A DNA stretch of 63,978 bases, filler included, from an uncultured Myxococcia bacterium (lineage in GTDB: Bacteria > CAZTWC01): assembly GCA_964617105.1 (NCBI GenBank). It is 15 parts of 15 records of this genome, joined end to end, with 100 filler letters (N's around TTAATTAATTAA, not from the genome) between each part and the next. Parts side by side here need not be neighbours in the genome. Positions count along the whole stretch, not along the records: positions 57,721 to 61,959 come from CAZTWC010000312.1; positions 62,060 to 63,978 come from CAZTWC010000458.1; 13 more parts are not named here. One strand, given 5' to 3'. The position numbers and the translations under genes are program-made. This document shows, in pieces, positions 59,722 to 63,978 of this stretch (the first letter of the stretch is position 1; every line of letters starts with the position of its first letter). Below the pieces are notes generated by a model, which saw only the letters and a list, made by a program, of their open reading frames with translations, ran no database searches and was not told the origin of the DNA.

Positions 59722-61959
59722 AGGTCAGCCTCCCGACACTTTGACAAAAGCGTAATTCTATTGTCCGCTCTTTGCCGCCTGGCTGCCCGGTAAACCCCTT
59801 TGGAATCGCCAATAATAATCACCCGCTCTTTGGCCCTGGTAACGGCTGTATAAAAAAGATTGCGATGAAGCATAAAACTGTGGGAGGAGTGCATTACGCA
59901 GACTACACAAGGGATTTCCGAGCCCTGGAACTTATGTATGGTGCTGGCATAGGCTAAAATAATTTTATCCCGCTTGTCCCTGGTGATTTTCACATTTCCC
60001 TTATCTTCAAAATCAATAATGCCCTGCTTTTTCTTTGGATCAGCGTCAATCACATATCCCATATGGCCGTTCATCACCCCAAGGTTGTAGTCATTTTTTA
60101 TCTGCATAACTTTGTCGCCGGGATACAAAAGCGGCCTTTTATTGGGATGGACAGGGGGGATATTGATATTAAACAATTTCTTTTGGATTACCGATTGAAT
60201 GGCAATATTGAGATTTAAAATCCCCAAAACACCTTTGCGCTGCGGCGATAACACCTGAACACCTTTAACAATGTCATAGCCCAATTTTTCTTTGAAAACA
60301 TTTTCATAGAGGTGGAGAATGTAATTGAGACCATCGTCAGGATCATCGAATTTATCAATTAAAATCCAATCTAATAGTGTCGGGTTGTCATTTTTAATTG
60401 TCCTTGCTACCCGGCCATACAGAAGGTCTAGACTGTTTTTCCGCAAAATACCGGCTTGTCTGACCACCTGGCATAAAACCGTATAGGGAATTAGATTGTG
60501 CTTGATAATATCTCTGAGAGGATTGCCCGGGCCCACAGGAGGAAGTTGGTTGTGATCGCCTGAAAGAATCACCCGGGTTTTTTCAAAGTCTATTGCTGAA
60601 AATAAACGGTAGAGAAGAGGAACATCTGTCATCGAGACTTCATCAATAATAATCACGTCACTCTCTAGTTTATTATCTTTGCCATATCTCCAAAAAACGC
60701 CGTTGTAACCGAGCAGCCGGTGAATAGTACAGGCCGTCTCACCGGTTGCCTGCTCCATCCTTTTGGCCGCCTTGCCAGTTGGGGCGGTCAGAGCAACATA
60801 TAATTTTTGACCGTGAAAATATTTGACCAAGTTATCGATAAGATAGGTTTTACCAGTACCGCCAGGCCCGGTAATCAGATACATTTTATGACTTACAGCC
60901 CCTGTAAATGCTTTTTTTTGACCATCTGTCATACCTTTTAGGTAGGGGCTCAATTTGATGTTAAGCGGTAATTTTTCACAGCCATGTTCACTTAGGATTC
61001 GGTGTAGAAAAGATTCCATCTTGTGCAGCCAGGACAAGGCTATCCACAATGTTCCATCATTTCTAAAGGTGACAACCTTATCTATAAATTCCAAATATTC
61101 CTGGGCCGAACGGACAAGACTCTCAGCGTCTTCACTGTCAAGTATCAAAGTTTGCCGAGCTTTTAGTAGAAATAATGATTTTTCCAGGCAGGTATGACCC
61201 TCGTCAGAAGCCTGGAAGAGAGTATAAAGCAGACCGGCCTGAAGCCTACTGCTATTATCTTTGCTAACTCCTAGTTTTAACGCCATATCGTCGACTCGGC
61301 GAAAGCCAAAGCCTTCGACTAGATCAATCAGAGTATATGGGTCATTTATTATAGTTGGCAGTGTCTGGTCGCCCAAATTTTCAATAAGTTTTTCCACCTG
61401 ATGAGGAGTGAGGCCGAACCTCGATAAATATGAAATCGCTTTGCCATATTCTCTGCGAGCGTTCCACTCGTTTCGGATATTTTTTGCAATTTCAGGGGTA
61501 ATCCCTTTTATCCTCGTTAACTTTCCAGGATCTTTAGTGACAACCTGATCAAACCTGTCGCCAAATTTTTCGATAATCTTTTTTGCCCTGGCTTTGCCAA
61601 TACCACTAAACCGTTTACTCTTAGAAAGAAAAAGTCCCAAACCTTCCCGATCAAGTTTCATGTCGGGTTCATAGGATTCAACCCGCAATTGCCGGCCCCA
61701 TTTGGTATTTTGAAAGGTTCCTGTAAAAATTACCGGGTCATCTTCTTTAACCAAATAGGGACCGGCAAAACGGATGGACGCTTCGCTGGAGGACAAAACC
61801 CCGGCGCAAAAACCAGACTCGCAATAAAATACTTTGGCAATTTTGCCTTTAACCGTAGTCTGGGAGTCTAATTTTTCTGCTAATGAAGTTTTCATTTGAG
61901 ATGTCGCTTCCAAATCTGTTTTAATAAATTTTCTAAAATCAACCGGCAAAGGTGTCTCT
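59718..61959 (-). CDS. recD2: RecD2-like SF1B helicase (frame open to contig edge)
   Basis: N-terminal OB fold, HhH (SGIGK, KGIT, GFGF..VD), GPGGTGKT, APTGKAA, IIDEVSM, GDHNQLPPVG, TIHKFQGSE, YTAVTRAK. Confidence 0.93.
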
Positions 61960-62098
61960 NNNNNNNNNNNNNNNNNNNNNNNNNNNNNNNNNNNNNNNNN
62001 NNNTTAATTAATTAANNNNNNNNNNNNNNNNNNNNNNNNNNNNNNNNNNNNNNNNNNNNTCTAAAAGGCAAGTCAGATGCTATGGGAGGGACCCGGCC

Positions 62099-62947
62099 AT
62101 GACCGCGACCTATCAAATATCCAAAATAAATTACCTGGCGCCGGTGGTGGAAGTGGAGATAGCCGGAAAGATTTATACTGAAATATCACATTTTGTGATA
62201 AGTGCCTGTCATTTCGAGCCATCAGCGCAGTGTCTACTGTCCATGCCTACACCAATGTCGATACCAATGTCGACTTCCCTGTCAAAGCCCTCTGCTTCCA
62301 ATGGTGCTGCTAAAAAAGTGTTCCACCGTGGAGATATGATTGCAATCAGATGGGGGTACGAAGGGTTTGACCTCAAGCAAATTTTTACCGGATTTGTCCG
62401 GGAAGTCTACAGGCAAGGAAGTGAAATCGTAATTGAGGCCATTGATAGAGCGGCGTTGCTATTTGACACTCGTGTAACCAGGGCTTTTCAGTTTGAAACA
62501 CCAACTGCCATTATACAGTCACTGCTGCATATGGCAAAAGTGGATGAATATGATTACGAAATAGAGCAGATCGATAAGCCTTTAAACCGTTTGCCATTGG
62601 TGAACAATACCATTGCCGAAGCAATCCATTACATCAATCGCCGCACTGGACTTGAGTATGATTTTTGGTTTGACCCTGACGGAAAATTCCACTGGCAGTC
62701 CAGAGATAAGGCTAAGCACTCCGGTTATCGGCTGGAGTATGGTCAAAACATCCTGGTTTATAAATTGAGCGATGGCGGCCACATGGAACTAACAACCGTT
62801 GGGTTGCCTCTGTTTCATAGTCAACTTATCGACGTGGCCGGTCTTGATGGTGAATCCAGCACCTATATCATTAATAAAATACGTCACACTTTTGGCCCCG
62901 GCAACAGGGGTTCCAGGAGCAGTTTATGGTTAAACAGGGTTGCCTAA
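62099..62947 (+). CDS. Contractile-tail baseplate hub protein (gpD/gp27/XkdQ-like)
   Basis: GD.IAIRWGY....IFTGFV...I.IEAID and FWFD.DG.FHW pattern; next to a spike gene. Confidence 0.7.
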   Translation: MTATYQISKINYLAPVVEVEIAGKIYTEISHFVISACHFEPSAQCLLSMPTPMSIPMSTSLSKPSASNGAAKKVFHRGDMIAIRWGYEGFDLKQIFTGFVREVYRQGSEIVIEAIDRAALLFDTRVTRAFQFETPTAIIQSLLHMAKVDEYDYEIEQIDKPLNRLPLVNNTIAEAIHYINRRTGLEYDFWFDPDGKFHWQSRDKAKHSGYRLEYGQNILVYKLSDGGHMELTTVGLPLFHSQLIDVAGLDGESSTYIINKIRHTFGPGNRGSRSSLWLNRVA

Positions 62948-62962
62948 TTGGGTTGCATAAAA

Positions 62963-63978
62963 ATGGATAAAAGTCTGACAAAAGCCCTAAAAACACTGGT
63001 GGAACAGATAAAACCTGATCTGCGGCAGCACATGCGGTTGTCCCTTTTGGGCAAGGTTGTGGCTGTTAATGAAGATGACTACCGGGTGGATGTAGTGGTT
63101 GGGGATATTAGGGAAGTATATGAAACAGGTGATGCTGGTGTAGTTATCAGTGACGATAGTGGTGACAGGGATGGCAGTGATAAACCAGATACCAAAACTC
63201 TGGACTTACCAAATTTACCTGTCAGCAGCCTCTTTGGTCAGGATGGCTATGGGATATGGGCACTTCCCGAGGTTGGTTCCGAGGTGACCGTCTCTTTTTA
63301 CGAGGGGGACGTAACCAGACCCTATGTAGAGGCACCGGTGTTCTACAACAACATGGCGCCAGAGGGATTTAAGGGTGATTCTTTCAAGACCGGCACTATC
63401 GCCATAGTGGGCAAACAGGGCCAGAAACTGATTATCAGCCCCAATTCATCTGAAGTTGTGGTTATAGCCAATAGTATCAAGAGCATTATCACCGGAAGCA
63501 AACAGTCGACAGTCACAGGAGACTCACAGGAGAGGATATCAGGAACACAGATAAACACTGTTGGAGGAGACAGAAAAATCAAAGTGAACGGCAACCAACT
63601 CTTTGAAAGTAAAAAGTATTTTGGAACAGTAAAGGGATTGTCACAGGAGCAGTACAACAGCAGGAGAGTAAAGACAAGAGGCGAAGAAGAACACACTTGC
63701 CTGGGAAATAGTTCTCTCACTATTGGAGGCAACCTGAACCATAAAGTGCTTGGCACCACCCAGACCACCACTGTTGGCCCCAAACAGGAAATTATCGGCG
63801 GGGCTTATTCTATGGTTGTGGCCAATGGTCCCACACCTCAGCCCAATGCCTGGTCAATTGATGCGGCTATGGGAAATATATCCATAAACACCATGGCCGG
63901 GCAGATCAAGATCGGCGGCAAGACTGCTATATCACCGGCTGTTTTGGGAACAGAGTTGGTAGCATTGTTACAGTCGCT
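62963..63978 (+). CDS. Baseplate spike protein (gpV/gp5-like OB fold plus beta-helix); not in ORF track, runs off the window
   Basis: Translation LGKVVAVN...GYGIWALPEVGSEVTVSFYEGDVTRP followed by repeats VTGD/ISGT/VGGD/VNGN/IGGN. Confidence 0.82.
   Translation, partial: MDKSLTKALKTLVEQIKPDLRQHMRLSLLGKVVAVNEDDYRVDVVVGDIREVYETGDAGVVISDDSGDRDGSDKPDTKTLDLPNLPVSSLFGQDGYGIWALPEVGSEVTVSFYEGDVTRPYVEAPVFYNNMAPEGFKGDSFKTGTIAIVGKQGQKLIISPNSSEVVVIANSIKSIITGSKQSTVTGDSQERISGTQINTVGGDRKIKVNGNQLFESKKYFGTVKGLSQEQYNSRRVKTRGEEEHTCLGNSSLTIGGNLNHKVLGTTQTTTVGPKQEIIGGAYSMVVANGPTPQPNAWSIDAAMGNISINTMAGQIKIGGKTAISPAVLGTELVALLQS

Noticed and set aside
57621-62059. Apparent neighbourhood of dsr/qmo, primase and baseplate genes (phage-borne dsr)
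   Set aside because: They are on separate contigs ordered only by length, so the adjacency is not biological.
63343-63783. 146-aa minus-strand ORF and the many other short antisense ORFs in the track
   Set aside because: Shadow frames of well-supported genes on the opposite strand, with no motifs.
1-63978. CRISPR arrays, rRNA, reverse transcriptase/DGR/retron, selenocysteine or stop-codon recoding
   Set aside because: No spaced repeats, rRNA signatures or RT motifs were seen, and the recognised genes translate without in-frame TGA/TAG.

Overview
This window is not one locus. It is 15 short contigs (about 4.2-4.5 kb, sorted by decreasing length) from a draft or metagenome-type bacterial assembly, joined by artificial 100-nt N...TTAATTAATTAA...N linkers. 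Gene adjacency is therefore only meaningful within a contig, and most edge genes are partial. The content suggests an AT-leaning anaerobic 'deltaproteobacterial-type' organism or bin. Metabolic genes include dissimilatory sulfur metabolism (qmoB-qmoC-dsrA), an HdrD-like CCG protein, NuoE/NuoF-like subunits next to nfnA, benzoyl-CoA pathway genes (thiolase plus had) and a TatT-associated TRAP transporter. Housekeeping genes include pgm, holA, lptE, tilS, dxr, cdsA, murJ and tRNA-Ala(CGC), alongside sugar-nucleotide genes and several signalling proteins. There are also Myxococcota-style Cys-rich/VWA surface proteins and a myxosortase-like CPBP protease. Three contigs are mobile. The first is a four-gene Mu/IS21-like element (Zn-HTH, DDE transposase, ExeA-like AAA+ ATPase, extra RecA-fold AAA_25 ATPase). 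The second is a RecD2 plus AEP primase-PriL-helicase replication module. The third is a contractile-tail baseplate hub/spike pair. The best leads are the four-gene transposon, the primase-helicase fusion, the non-Desulfovibrio-type DsrA co-binned with myxobacterial surface/sorting machinery, and a hairpin-dense non-coding region upstream of murJ. All assignments come from motif recognition by eye; no searches were run.
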